From the human T2T-CHM13v2.0 reference genome, Homo sapiens, in the NCBI RefSeq assembly GCF_009914755.1, contig NC_060930.1: a stretch of 64,000 nucleotides of DNA; one strand, 5' to 3'. This document shows, one piece after another, positions 14,759 to 28,239 of the stretch. The notes under the pieces are model-generated. The model saw only the letters and a program-made list of their open reading frames with translations, was not told where the DNA came from and did no database searches. Numbering within the stretch: position 1 is the first letter of the stretch; every line of letters begins with the position of its first letter. Position numbers and translations under genes: made by a program.

Positions 14759-14819
14759 CATTCATAACACTGAGACATTCATAACACTGCATTCATAACA
14801 CTGAGCATTCACAGCTGAG
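14759..14819. repeat. Short tandem repeat, cattcataacactg x3 plus a degenerate fourth copy
   Basis: Copies at 14759, 14776, 14790 and ~14806. Confidence 0.92.
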
Positions 14820-16154
14820 AGGATGCACTTCCCTACTGAATCACTTTAAGACAGAGTTGCAAATCCCATTATCTGTGAGTGCTGTGTGAATACATATGCC
14901 AAGACGAATAGTGAACACAGGAAATTGTGCTGAAAATTAATCGCCCTCAGCAATCAATGGGGATAGGCCCCACACGAGAGAAGGTCCGACTAAGGATGGA
15001 GCGCACTGCGATGAGACCTTTCTTATATGACCTAGGTGCTCCCAAGACTGCAAACTTCCACTCCTTTGTATCTTTCTTTTCAGCCTGCTAACTGAACCGT
15101 GCTAATGGATATCAGAACAGTCCTTGTGGTTTTTCCTATCAAATCTGTTAAAAGGGGAAGAAGGTTCCTGTTGTTAATTGCAGGGGATCTCCTATTCTTT
15201 GTTTTAAAGAAAGTTTAAACAAAATGCTCACCCACTCTGGGGCTTTAAAGAAAGTTCAAACAGAACAAAGTTCTCTTGCCAAGGTTTAAGGCGAATCTCC
15301 TCCGTCCAGATGGCTTCCTCAGGCAGGCCAATGTAAGAACCCAGACACTCACCCCTGCTGCCTCTTAATGCCGCGCCTTGATTGTTGCTAACGATCCCCA
15401 GCTGTCTTTCGTTGCTGGCTCCTTAACCTCTCTCTGCCGGCCACATCTGCCTGCAACTCTGAGAGGGGAAGAGGAGATGCTGACAAAAGAGGCATCCAAG
15501 AGATGCTTTGGAGGCTGCCCCCAAAGCAACGCAGATGGGGTCCCGAGTCGTGGGACTGTGCACCAGGAACTTGATTAGAAATTAATTCTCCACAATAAAC
15601 TTCAGGAAAAAATGTGAATGTCATATTTCATATCAAGGAAATAAACCTGATGATGGGAAATGCCACTAACCAAGGCAAATCCACTAAGAATCCAGGAGTC
15701 TGGCCATGATACTTGGCAGGTCACTTTCCCTATTGACTAGTCTACATATTTACTGGGCAGCAGCCCGGAATGGGGTGGTGGCCATAAGAATTCCCACTGT
15801 GTTCCAGCAACATGTGTCCACTTTCTCCACGGCCTTCCCCAGCTGCCCCCTTTATTCCAGCCCATCACCCAGCAGACATACTGACTTTTGATCTGTACCA
15901 GATACAAGTGGGTCACGTCTGCATCCTGTATTAATTTAATGCTTCCCCTTTGTTTTCTGTGTGTCCTACGAGTGTCTAGCTATGTCAGCCAGTGGGTCTG
16001 AATATCCCTGCCTGCCCGGATGTCCATTCAATTCAGACATTAAAAAGTGCACCTTGTTACTATCACCCCATAGGGTGCACTACAGTCTAATAGATAAATC
16101 CACATCATCAATAGTAATCTAAGTACCCTCTCTATGCTCTGTACCCCTTCTTCC

Positions 16155-16166
16155 CCAAACCCTATT

Positions 16167-16170
<4 letters not shown>
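16155..16170. repeat. Left copy of the 16-bp target-site duplication (ccaaaccctatttctt) of the SVA-plus-transduction insertion
   Basis: An identical 16-mer lies at 18934-18949. This copy abuts the T-run 16171-16197 (minus-strand polyA). Confidence 0.95.
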
Positions 16171-16197
<27 letters not shown>

Positions 16198-16523
16198 GAT
16201 GAGCAGTCAGAACACACACAGCATTTATTGGAAGTTTTCCATCTTATATGGGCACAGTTTGTGGCTCCCCAAAACAATTAGAATAGTAATATCAAAGATC
16301 ACTGATCACAGATCACCATAACAGATATAATAATAATGAGAAACTGAAATGTCGCAAAAATTACCAAAATGTGACCCAGAGACAGGAAGTGAGCGCATGC
16401 TGTTGGACAAATGGCACTGATAGATTTGCTTGACACAGGGTTGCCAGAAACCTTCCATTTGTTAAAAAATGCAATATTTGCGAAGTACAATAAAGTGAAA
16501 CACAGTAAAATGAGGTGTGCTGG
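16198..16523 (-). mobile_element. Tigger1 5'-end fragment, carried in the transduction and cut off at the polyA
   Basis: Matches the remembered Tigger1 terminus (…cctcattttactgtgtttcactttattg…ggtgatctgtgatcagtgatctttg…tgtgtgtgttctgactgctc). It ends abruptly at the T-run and does not continue beyond the TSD. Confidence 0.85.
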
Positions 16524-16609
16524 GCATCCTGCCATTTATGCACATGCCTCTTTAGGTAGAAAATAATCCTGTAACAGTTGAGGCTGTGGTTGCCTTTCTG
16601 AGACTCTTG

Positions 16610-16920
16610 TCTACAGAAATGGTCAACTGGTGGCCAGCTGGCCAAAGGGCTAATCTAGCCCACAGACATGTTTAGTTGGGGCTACATAGAGCTTTTTACA
16701 AATTTGAGTCAATATTTAGAAAATAAAAGTCTGGATTTTGGGATTCCCTTACAAAAACTGGAAAATTTGGCCACACTGGGTCATATTCCCACATAGTCGT
16801 GGTGGTTGGGGTTCAGTAGCAGTAGCTGCTGCCCCTTAAGACAGGTCCCCATGGTCCCCACTCAGTTGCTTCCTTATTTATCTTACAAGCCTGGCAAGGA
16901 ATTTGAGTTGAACTGATCTA
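16610..16920. mobile_element. hAT-Charlie MITE relic (MER102-like) inside the transduced segment
   Basis: Resembles the MER102/MER58 group (tctagcccacagacatgttt…ctggaaaatttggccacactggg…atttgagtt). Confidence 0.55.
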
Positions 16921-17110
16921 GAAGATTGGTGCTAAGAACCAGCTCAGTGGCTTAGCTGTCCTGGGGTCTGCAGGAGAAGGCTTCTTTGTTAGGCCCAGGC
17001 AGGAAGTCTGGGCATGGATTGAGGTTTTTTTTTTTTTTTTTTTTGACCTTTTAAATATTTATTTATTTTTTATTTTATTTTATTTTATTTTATTTATTTA
17101 TTTATTTTTA

Positions 17111-18933
17111 ATTGATCATTCTTGGGTGTTTCTCGCAGAGGGGGAGTTGGCAGGGTCATAGGACAATAGTGGAGGGAAGGTCAGCAGATAAACAAGTGAA
17201 CAAAGGTCTCTGGTTTTCCTAGGCAGAGGACCCTGCGGCCTTCCGCAGGGTTTGTGTCCCTGGGTACTTGAGATTAGGGAGTGGTGATGATTCTTAACGA
17301 GCATGCTGCCTTCAAGCATCTGTTTAACAAAGCACATCTTGCACCGCCCTTAATCCATTTACCCTGAGTGGACACAGCACATGTTTCAGAGAGCACAGGG
17401 TTGGGGGTAAGGTCACCGATCAACAGGATCCCAAGGCAGAAGAATTTTTCTTGGTACAGAACAGAATGAAAAGTCTCCCATGTCTACTTCTTTCTACACA
17501 GACGCGGCAACCATCCGATTTCCCAATCTTTTCCCCACCTTTCCCCCCTTTCTATTCCACAAAACCGCCATTGTCATCCCTGCCCGTTCTCAATGAGCTG
17601 TTGGGTACACCTCCCAGACGGGGTGGTGGCCGGGCAGAGGGGCTCCTCACTTCCCAGTAGGGGCGGCTGGGCAGAGGCGCCCCTCACCTCCCGGACGGGG
17701 CGGCTGGCCGGGCGGGGGGCTAACCCCCCCCCCATCTCCCTCCCCGACGGGGCGGCTGGCCGGGCAGAGGGGCTCCTCACTTCCCAGTAGGGACGGCCGG
17801 GCAGAGGCGCCCCTCACCTCCCGGATGGGGCGGCTGGCCGGGCGGGGGGCTGACCCCCCCCACCTCCCTCCCGGACGGGGCGGCTGGCCGGGCGGGGGGC
17901 TGACACCCCCACCTCCCTCCCCGACGGGGCGGCTGGCTGGGCAGAGGGGCTCCTCACTTCCCAGTAGGGGCGGCCGGGCAGAGGCGCCCCTCACCTCCCG
18001 GACGGGGCGGCTGGCCGGGCGGGGGGCTGACCCCCCCACCTCCCTCCCAGACGGGGTGGCTGCCGGGCGGAGATGCTCCTCACTTCCCAGACGGGGTGGC
18101 TGCAGGGCGTAGAGGCTCCTCACTTCTCAGATGGGGCGGCCGGGCAGAGATGCTCCTCACCTCCCAGACGGGGTCCCGGCCGGGCGCTCTCACATCCCAG
18201 ACGGGGCGGCGGGGCAGAGGCGCTCCCCACATCTCAGGCGATGGGCGGCGGGGCAGAGACGCTCCTCACTTCCTAGATGGGAAGGTGGCCGGGAAGAGGC
18301 GCTCCTCACTTCCTAGATGGGATGGCGGCCGGGAAGAGGCGCTCCTCACTTCCTAGACGGGATGGCGGCCGGGAAGAGGCGCTCCTCACTTTCCAGACTG
18401 GGCAGCCAGGCAGAGGGGCTCCTCACGTCCCAGACGATGGGCGGCCAGGCAGAGACGCTCCTCACTTCCCAGACGGGGTGGCGGCCGGGCAGAGGCTGCA
18501 ATCTCGGCACTTTGGGAGGCCAAGGCAGGCGGCTGGGAGGTGGAGGTTGTAGCGAGCCGAGATCACGCCACTGCACTCCAGCCTGGGCACCATTGAGCAC
18601 TGAGTGAACCAGACTCCGTCTGCAATCCCGGCACCTCGGGAGGCCGAGGCTGGCGGATCACTCGCGGTTAGGAGCTGGAGACCAGCCCGGCCAACACAGC
18701 GAAACCCCGTCTCCACCAAAAAAGTAAGAAAACCAGTCAGGCGTGGTGGCGCGCTACAGGCACTCGGCAGGCTGAGGCAGGAGAATCAGGCAGGGAGGTT
18801 GCAGTGAGCCGAGATGGCAGCAGTACAGTCCAGCTTCGGCTCGGCATCAGAGGGAGACCATGGAAAGAGAGGGAGAGGGAGACCGTGGGCCGTGGGGAGA
18901 GGGGGAGGGGGAGGGGGAGAGGGAGAGGGAGAG
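17111..18933 (-). mobile_element. Full-length SVA retrotransposon (young SVA_D/E/F-like): hexamer, Alu-like, VNTR and SINE-R domains
   Basis: Read on the minus strand: (CCCTCT)n-type hexamers ~18866-18933, antisense Alu-like region ~18490-18860, GC-rich VNTR ~17610-18490 (units like gggcagaggcgctcctcacttcccagacgggg), and HERV-K-derived SINE-R ~17111-17610 ending cccaagaatgatcaat. CpGs are largely intact, so the element is young. Confidence 0.98.
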
Positions 18934-18949
18934 CCAAACCCTATTTCTT
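18934..18949. repeat. Right copy of the 16-bp target-site duplication, next to the SVA hexamer 5' end
   Basis: ccaaaccctatttctt is followed by ga. The empty site reads TTTCTT/GA, a variant of the L1 endonuclease site TTTT/AA. Confidence 0.95.
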
Positions 18950-18999
18950 GAGGGAAGCAAACCTATTATCTTTAGCCTAAAATCCAAACAGTTGGCTGA

Positions 19000-19347
<348 letters not shown>

Positions 19348-19655
19348 ACTCCTTTTTTTCTTTTAGCCCACATTAGGATATTACTGAGTCTTCTCGTTTT
19401 CATACAAAATATTGGAAAAGAAGCGTGAGCTCACTAGTTCAGCTGGTATACCCATGGCATGAGGCTGCAGGGGGCACAGAATGGTGTAGGAGCTGGAGGG
19501 TGGCAGGCTTTGCATTCAGACCTGGATTGCGAGTCTGTCACTTGGATTCCTTAGCTTGTGACAGTGGCCACATTTTATGACATATCTGAGCCTTTGCCTT
19601 ATCATTCGTGAAACATGTTCTGGCATTGCAGAGATAATATATGCAAAGTTCCTAG

Positions 19656-20028
<373 letters not shown>

Positions 20029-20913
20029 AATGTCAAAAGGTCTTTTTATTTAGTTGAAATGTGAGCCAGTTTCTTCCCAACATGTGGACATTTTGTCTAT
20101 AAGGAGATGATGTGGAAAAGAATGGATGATTCAGTTAAAAAGCAAACTAGCAGTAGATGCAAAGTGGCTGGTGACCAGGGTCGGCTCACACACAGCGGCC
20201 CTGGGGAAGGAAAGCTCCCATAGTCCCTCCGACCACCTTCAAGTTTTTTATGCATTAGGACCGTCCACCAGACCTCACCTGCAACCTCACCCGCAACCTA
20301 CGTCTGCTTACCATTTAAACAATCAACCAGGTTGGCAAGACCTTCCAAACTTGACCCCAAATTTGACCTCGTCCTTATACACTCTGTGCCTAGAGCATAC
20401 CTGACTACAGGTGCAGCATACAAATATCATCTCACCCAGAAAAAGAAATCCTAAAATGAGGCTTCCCAATAGAGAGCTCAAATTTTGTATTGACTCTTGC
20501 TCCCTGCTCCTAACAGAAACTCACTGCAAATGATGTAAATATTTGACTGTCTTCTCTCATGTGGGTGTAATGCCCTTATCCTGTCAGACTTCCACACGTG
20601 TCTTAGAGAGTTAGCAATTAGAAGCAGGACCCAACTGCCTTCCAGGGCCTTCAATAATCACAGAGTATAGCAAGACATTTGACAAAAGTGAGAGCAAAGT
20701 GGAAGCAGGAAGCTTGACTTTCTTACATTGTCCCAGGGATGCAAGAAAAGCTCTTTGAGCCTCCTCCAAATCAATGATATACTGATGAAATATGTTATAC
20801 CATGTTAGCAGCATTTCCTAAAGAAACATTAGTTTACTACTAGAAAGTTTGCTGAACAATCATTTCCAGAGTGCTCGCAGGCCCAAGGAAAGGCAGAGGC
20901 AAAGAAAGTGTAA

Positions 20914-21231
<318 letters not shown>

Positions 21232-22493
21232 TTATTCTTCATACAGTACAGCTCCCTCTGTGTGTATGAGTACTATCAAATACATTCTGAATTTCACTAG
21301 CTTATATTTTCCAGATTTCTTCAAGTTCTCAACATCACTTATCTTTAAAGAGGATTATGGTGAAGCTTGACTCCATCCATGCACACGGATATGCCCCTCC
21401 TTGAAGGTAAAACAGAATTATTGCTGGTCTCTTCTCCCAACTCTGAACTTCCCTCTCCAGGGAACCCAGAGGTTTCCATGCATCTCTTGAACACCCTCAA
21501 CCCAAAATCTGCATCCTATTCAAAAGCACAACATCGTGGTATTAAGTTTTTGTGAATATAAGTAAAGGATTATGTAATGAAAAACCAACAATAGTAATAA
21601 CTCCTATCACAAAATAAACCAGCCACAGCTGCAGCCTGAAACAGACGGTGAAGAGCCGCATCCAGAAATCAGAAACAGCCATTGTGCTGAATCAAGGTAC
21701 CAGAGGCACACTGGGCACTCCCTCAGAAACACCCTCGGACCTCTGTGACTTGACTGGCAGGAGGTCTGCCCCTCTCAACAACAACAAGCACAAAATCAAA
21801 GAAAGACAGTGGTATGAGAGCCTATTTCCATCTGTTTTCCTTTCCAGGTTGGCCAGCTGCACTGGGTGACATCCTCACAGGACCAACCTCTTTGCAGGTT
21901 CTGGCACCATCAGTCACTCCAGCCACTGCACACAGCACATAGTCCTGCACATCTGCAGGCTTTAGCTGAGATGTTTCCAGAAACCTGGCTTGGTGTTCCA
22001 GATGTCACTGCTAGTGTCCATGTACCAAGGTCAGCAAGACAGGGTAGAAAATCTGCAGGGTGATGTCCCATTCAAGAGTATAGAGACCAGGAGTTCACAG
22101 CAACTCCAGTCCTATCTGCCCTTGGACTTAAGATAACAATGTTAATCTCTTCTGATAGTTATGCAGGGAGGAGGAGTTTCCTTGGATCAAATATTGCAGC
22201 TACGATCAATTAGGCAGGGCAAGGGCTGGAGAGGAAAGGTTGTCTCCCATTCCTCATGGGCCACCCTGCCTTTAAGCCTCCCCTGCAAACAATAAGCTGT
22301 GGCTCACACAAATGCAATGGCAAAAGGTGCTACTTTTCTCTTTGAATAAAATATTCAAAGGCAATTATAGAAACAGATTTATTACAGATAAATTTAGTGT
22401 CGTTGAAAACTTCAGCCAAAAAAAACAAAGAATTGGTTATATATATAACAGGCAAATTATAATATGACTGGACCCTTCGTTAACATCACATTT

Positions 22494-23250
22494 CTTTAAA
22501 TCTTTTTTTTCATATACTTTAAGTTCTAGGGTACATGTGCACAACATGCAGGTTCGTTACATATGTATACATGTGCCATGCTGGTGTGCTGCACCCATTA
22601 ACTAGTCATTTACATTTAGTATATCTCCTAATGCTATCCCTCCCCACTCCCCCTACCCCATGACAGGCCCTGGTGTGTGATGTTCCCCTTCCTGTGTCCA
22701 AGTGTTCTCATTGTTCAATTCCCACCTATGAGTGAGAACATACGGTGTTTGGTTTTCTGTCCTTGTGATAGTTTGCTGAGAATGATGGGTTCCATCTTCA
22801 TCCATGTCCCTACAAAGGACATAAACTCATCCTTTTTTATGGCTGCATAGTATTCCATGGTGTATATGTGCCACATTTTCTTAATCCAGTCTATCATTGA
22901 TGGACATTTGGGTTGGTTCCAAGTCTTCGCTATTGTGAATAAAGCCGCAATAAACATATGTGTGCATGTGTCTTTATAGCAGCATGATTTATAATCCTTT
23001 GGGTATATACCCAGTAATGGGATGGCTGGGTTAAATGGTATTTCTCGTTCTAGATCCTTGAGGAATCACCACACTGTCTTCCACAATGGTTGAACTAGTT
23101 TACAGTCCCACCAACAGTGTAAAAGTGTTCCTATTTCTCCACATCCTCTCCAGCACCTGTTGTTTCCTGACTTTTTAATGATCACCATTCTAACTGGCAT
23201 GAGATGGTATCTCATTGTGGTTTTCATTTGCATTTCTCTGATGGCCAGTG
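22494..23250 (-). mobile_element. 5'-truncated L1PA
   Basis: ORF2 C-terminal ORF 22715-22957. Perfect TSD aacatcacattt at 22482-22493 and 23251-23262. Confidence 0.97.
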
Positions 23251-24875
23251 AACATCACATTTTAAAGCCATTTATCTTTCACTTGCTGAGCTATTGAGTA
23301 AGTGGATCACTTTGTAGGCAATTCTTTTAGTAATAAAAAAAAAAGAGCTGGGTTAATACACAAGCAAGAAAGTGATATGTTTCATGGGCAAGTTTGAAAA
23401 TCCTGTTTGCCTGCAGAGTAACAAATGTAGGAGTAACAAGGACACTAACTTAGGCTAGTATCTGTGGGATAGACACAGGGCAGACTAAACTAGGTGACAC
23501 AGATGTGTGTGGACCTGAGCTGGGGTATGCGGACAGATGAGAAATTACAGACCCAGACCAAAAAAAAAAAGAAAAAAAGAAAAGTAGAGAAACTTTCCCA
23601 TCAATAGTAGAACTGAGAATGCCTGACACAGCAAGTTTCCTTCCTCCTATCCTCCACCCAAGGGCTCTCTTAATCATTCAAATTGTACAGACAGTTGTGT
23701 GAACAATATGCTGGCCTTTGGGCCTATGAGTGATTCCTCTCCTATCAAAGAAAATGGAGCTGATAAGATAATGGCAATAACTGTCAGTGGCACTTACTGA
23801 AATAACTTACTATGAACTAATTGGGACTGCCTACCTCTCTCTGGGGGCAAGTATCAGGATATGGTTGGAAGAGGAAAAGAAAGAGGAGGGAAGAGAAGAG
23901 AGAGAACGAGGAGAAGAAGAAAGACTGCTCTAAGTCAGCATTAGGCTACAGCCAAGTCTTTTCCAGAAAATGGAAAAGCCTCCTTTAAAGTAAAATCTTC
24001 ATATGAACTGTTTCCCCAACTCTTTTCCATTCCTTTCCCTTCTCTTTCTTTTTTTTCCCCTTCCTACCTTTTCTCTTACCTCTTTCCTTTGGTAACACCA
24101 AAAGGACTTAAAGTGGCTTGAAAGCAATTAAAAAACAAAATGTAAAAATATAAATGACGTTAGAAATTCAGAGGCACATGTAATATGCTGTACATTACGA
24201 TAGAAAGTTGAGGCCTCGGGAAAGTTAGAATGCATATATGCAGGCTAAGGACCTCACAAATATGCAAATTGAACTCCACATTTCTCCATAAAATCTTTGG
24301 TAGCCAAAGTGAAAAAGAAAATCCAATTATATGTTTTTTATTGTTCATGTCAGGACTAGGAAAAATGAGAAACCAATTCTAATCCTTGAACTGTGACTGA
24401 CTATTTTTTTGTGGTTTTACATCTGCCAAATAAGAAGTATATCTGTTCCATATTTCATAGTAATATATGTAGTGAGAAGTAGTAAGACAATTTATACAAA
24501 GAAGTCATCTTATAAAAAAAGCAGTAGATATTTTTCACAGTGGTTTGGAACCAAAAAAAGCATGGCCTAGATCTTAAGTATGCATAATTAAACAGGTTAC
24601 CTATTCATAAAGTAAAATATCAGATTCTGCCTCATAAAATCTGGGCCTGTCTGATTGTTTCTGGGATTTATTATTTGTTTGTTTTTGTTTTGCTATAATT
24701 ATTTGGTAGAGCAGGATTGCAACTCCATCCAAAAACTTTGGTGAAGACTTAATACAGTCAAATTACTCTACAGTGATTACGGAGCACGTGTACCTATTCT
24801 GCATTTTGAGAAGATGATGAGTAGCTACAAGAGAAAATGACTGACTAACTTCAAAAGGTAGAAAAGGTCCTTTCC

Positions 24876-25445
24876 AGGATCTAGAACCAGAAATATGATT
24901 TGATCCAGCAATCCCATTACTGGGTATATACCCAAAGGATTATAAATCATTCTACTATAAAGACACATGAACACATGTGTTTAGTGCAGCACTATTCACA
25001 ATAGCAAAGACTTGGAACCAAACCAGATGCCCATCAATGATAGACTGGATAAAGAAAATGTGGCACATATATACCATGGAATACTATGCAGCCATAAAAA
25101 AGGATGAGTTTATGTCCATTGCAGGGACATGGATGAAGCTAGAAACCATCATTCTCAGCAAACTAACACAAGAACAGAAAATCAAACACTGCATATTCTC
25201 ATTCATAAGTGGGAGTTCAACAATGAGAACACATGGACACAGGGAAGGGAACATCACACACTGTGGCTTGTTGGGGGGTGGGGGATTGGGGAGGGATAGC
25301 ATTAGGAGAAATGCCCAATGTAGATTATGGGTTGATGGGCACAGCAAACCACCATGGCACGTGTATACCTATGTAACAAACCTGCACGTTCCGCACATGT
25401 ATCCCAGAACTTAAAGTATAATTTTAAAAAAAAGAAGAAAAAAAA

Positions 25446-25447
<2 letters not shown>
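24876..25447 (+). mobile_element. 5'-truncated L1PA (older, L1PA7/8-like)
   Basis: ORF2 C-terminal similarity (ORF 24977). TSD-like aaaaggtcctttccag / aaaagggttctttccag also encloses the following (CA)n. Confidence 0.95.

Positions 25448-25448
<1 letters not shown>

Positions 25449-25496
<48 letters not shown>
25449..25496. repeat. (CA)n microsatellite in the L1 tail
   Basis: About 24 perfect CA units. Confidence 0.98.
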
Positions 25497-25501
<5 letters not shown>

Positions 25502-25849
25502 GTTCTTTCCAGATTCCCATCTTGGAATATTCCTAAATTTCAAGAGGAAGTTTCCTGGAGGTAGCCATTTAAAAAACAAACAAAACACTTTTGTGACCGC
25601 ATTTCTACATCAACCCTATTCAGAAAACCAAAATTCAATGGAGAGTTAATAAATCTGAATCTTTAATATTTACTCTGCCTGAAAAACAATTGACACATTT
25701 TGTTGTTGTCAGATATTTTATAACAAGACTAACATTACAGTGACCTATATATAAAATTATTGTTATAATTTATTATTCCATATTATTGCTTAAGTCTATC
25801 ACATATAATGCAGAATCTTGGACACAGGCACTTAAATATCAAAACAATG

Positions 25850-28230
25850 AGATGTGAAACAGGAATAAAAGGTAAAATAGCCAGAAAGAAAAAAGTTATG
25901 AATTGAAGAATGATAATTTATTAAGAAAATCAATGGGAAAAGTAGTAGATGTAATAACATAGTTGAGAAAATTATCTGGATATAAGAGAACTATCAAAAA
26001 ATTGCCAAGATTCTATACTTTAAGCAATTACCATTAAGAAAGTGTAACAGGAAAGCTTTTTCCATTCAAAATTGCAATAAATGATAAATACAGAAAAAAA
26101 CCCTAACCAACTACATAGCTATGCAAATCAATGATAAATTCATTCATGAATATGAATTGGCAAACATAAATTACCAAATATTTGTAAAAAATGAGTAACA
26201 GAAACAGAAGGACTAGGATAAATAAACAGAAAAACTGACTTTAGAAGAAACAGAGACAGCTCAAGGAAAGGTCAAAATGGTGATTTGATAGTCTCGAAGA
26301 CATTTAATGATGCCATCTCCACTGCAAGGAAGAAGAACAGGCTACTATAAAAGGAGCAGAGACCATGACAAAGTCATACAAAAGAAAAAACATGATTGAC
26401 AACATAAAATATGTACAGACTAAATAGTAAATTAAATGGAGCAAAAGACCAAGTTGGTGATCTAGATATTTAAGTTCAGATACTATCCCAGGATATAGAG
26501 TAAAAATGCAGAGATGTAAATATGAGCAAAAAGATGGGAAGATAGATCCAGATTGTTCCTTTCCAGTGTAAGAGAGATTCTATAAGTAATAAATAATCAA
26601 AAGAAATAGTAAAATATACTTTCACCAGGCTAAGAAAAAAATCACAAGTCCTAAGAATGAAAGGGCCCTCCAAGTATGGGAAGAAATTAATGAAAAAAAA
26701 AAAAAAGATCCACATCTAGACACATACTGGAAAGTTTCAAAATTCTAGTGGTTTCCAAAGAAACTAAACGTATTACCTACAAAGAATAAGAATCTAACTG
26801 ACACCAGACTTCTCATCACCACAATAAATGCTAGAAGAAGAAGAAACAAGCCATCTATTTCTTAAGAGAAAATTATTTGAATCAAAATGTCTCTGCTCTG
26901 CCAAATTACCAATCAAGGGTCAACAAAAGGCATTTTTAAACATGCAAGAACTCAGAAATATTATCATCCAAGAATTCAATAAGAATATATTATTCATGGA
27001 AGTAAAAGAGAAATCCCAAAAAAGAGTTTTAAAGAGAATGTGATGAGAATCAAAAAGCAGTGGCGTCTGATTACGACCCAGAAGAAGTAAAAGAAGCTGA
27101 AAATAACTAAATGAGGATCCACCGGACCTTGACCTTTGAAACTATCTATTCTCTGCAAAAAGATTTTTAACACAGGGTTGCTTTTCCTTCAAAATGGGCC
27201 CAATCAAATGACTTAGTTCTTTCTGTTTTGAGGGTCTTAATTTTTAAAAAGTGTCTTTAGAGCAATAACAAAAGAGCTTAATTTTATTAAAGGAAAAAAT
27301 GTAAATGACATAAACCTTAACAATTCAGAAATGATAGAAATCAGAAGTTGAAGCAGGAAAGGGAAGTGAGAGGTAGTAAAATGCTCTTGATTCCTCATGG
27401 GGGATGTAGCATACACTAGCACACAAGGCAGGAAAGAATGTTTAAGTGTGAATATATTGAGTAACAAAATAATGAATTTCCTTGATCAAAAAGACCAAAT
27501 GAGAACATGCCTCTCTTTCCTCCCCAATGCAATAAAACATAAAGCAAAATGAAAACGTATAAACCCGTACTATCACAGAGAACTAACAGGAGGGGAACTA
27601 TCAGAACACAAGAGATTTCAAAAAGTTTCTGAAATAGGGAGGAAGAAGTTCTGATAATTAAAACAGAGTGAGAGGAACCTCAAACTAGATAGAATTCATG
27701 GGGAGGAAGTTGTAGTGGAAAAGGAGTTAGGGTGTCCCAGGTGCGAAAACACGTCAGAGGGCGGGAATGAGGAAAATAGCTCAAAAGTTTTAATCTGGAA
27801 GAGTTAGCCACTTCACCATATATCCCAGTCCCTACCCTTGTCCCCAGACAGACAGAGAGCCACACATTATCTCTAGGTCCTCTCCTCCAAAATATAGGGT
27901 TCTTCACTAAAGGAATTAAACTCTCTGAGGAGAACTAGGGAAGCCAATGTGAAGTCCCCCTCTTTCTGGTATTTGGGGGACATCCAGGGTCCACACCCTT
28001 TCTATCTAAAGTGAACAAACCTCTCAATTCATGGAACTGCCAGACGTCTTTTCTACACAGCCCCTCATGCCCTCAAACTTAAGTGGAAATGGATGGAATT
28101 GATGGACAAGTGAAATGCAATAGCAAAATAAAATAAAGAGATCAAAACAAGCTCTTGAAAAACTGATCTCAGGGAAACAGAAGATCCAAACAATCAATGA
28201 TGACTTAAAAAGAATCTTGAGTATTCACAA
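25850..28230 (+). mobile_element. Highly diverged L1M fragments (ORF1/5' region)
   Basis: A-rich sequence with L1 ORF1-like remnants (cacatctagacacatac…, gaatctaactgacaccagacttctca…). Confidence 0.6.
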
Positions 28231-28239
28231 ATCACTAAT

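Larger units (their letters stand above)
16171..17110 (-). other. SVA 3'-transduced segment with polyA tails
   Basis: Non-SVA DNA 16198-17024 lies inside the TSD pair. A minus-strand AATAAA (tttatt 16224-16229) sits 26 nt before the terminal polyA (16171-16197). Internal A-tails lie at 17025-17044 and ~17058-17110. Confidence 0.9.

Noticed and set aside
17111-18933. Exact SVA subfamily and host species assignment
   Set aside because: Several private substitutions are present, and diagnostic positions cannot be scored reliably without alignment to consensus sequences.
17451-18937. Many overlapping Gly/Arg/Pro-rich ORFs
   Set aside because: They are by-products of the GC-rich, stop-poor SVA VNTR and Alu-like region.
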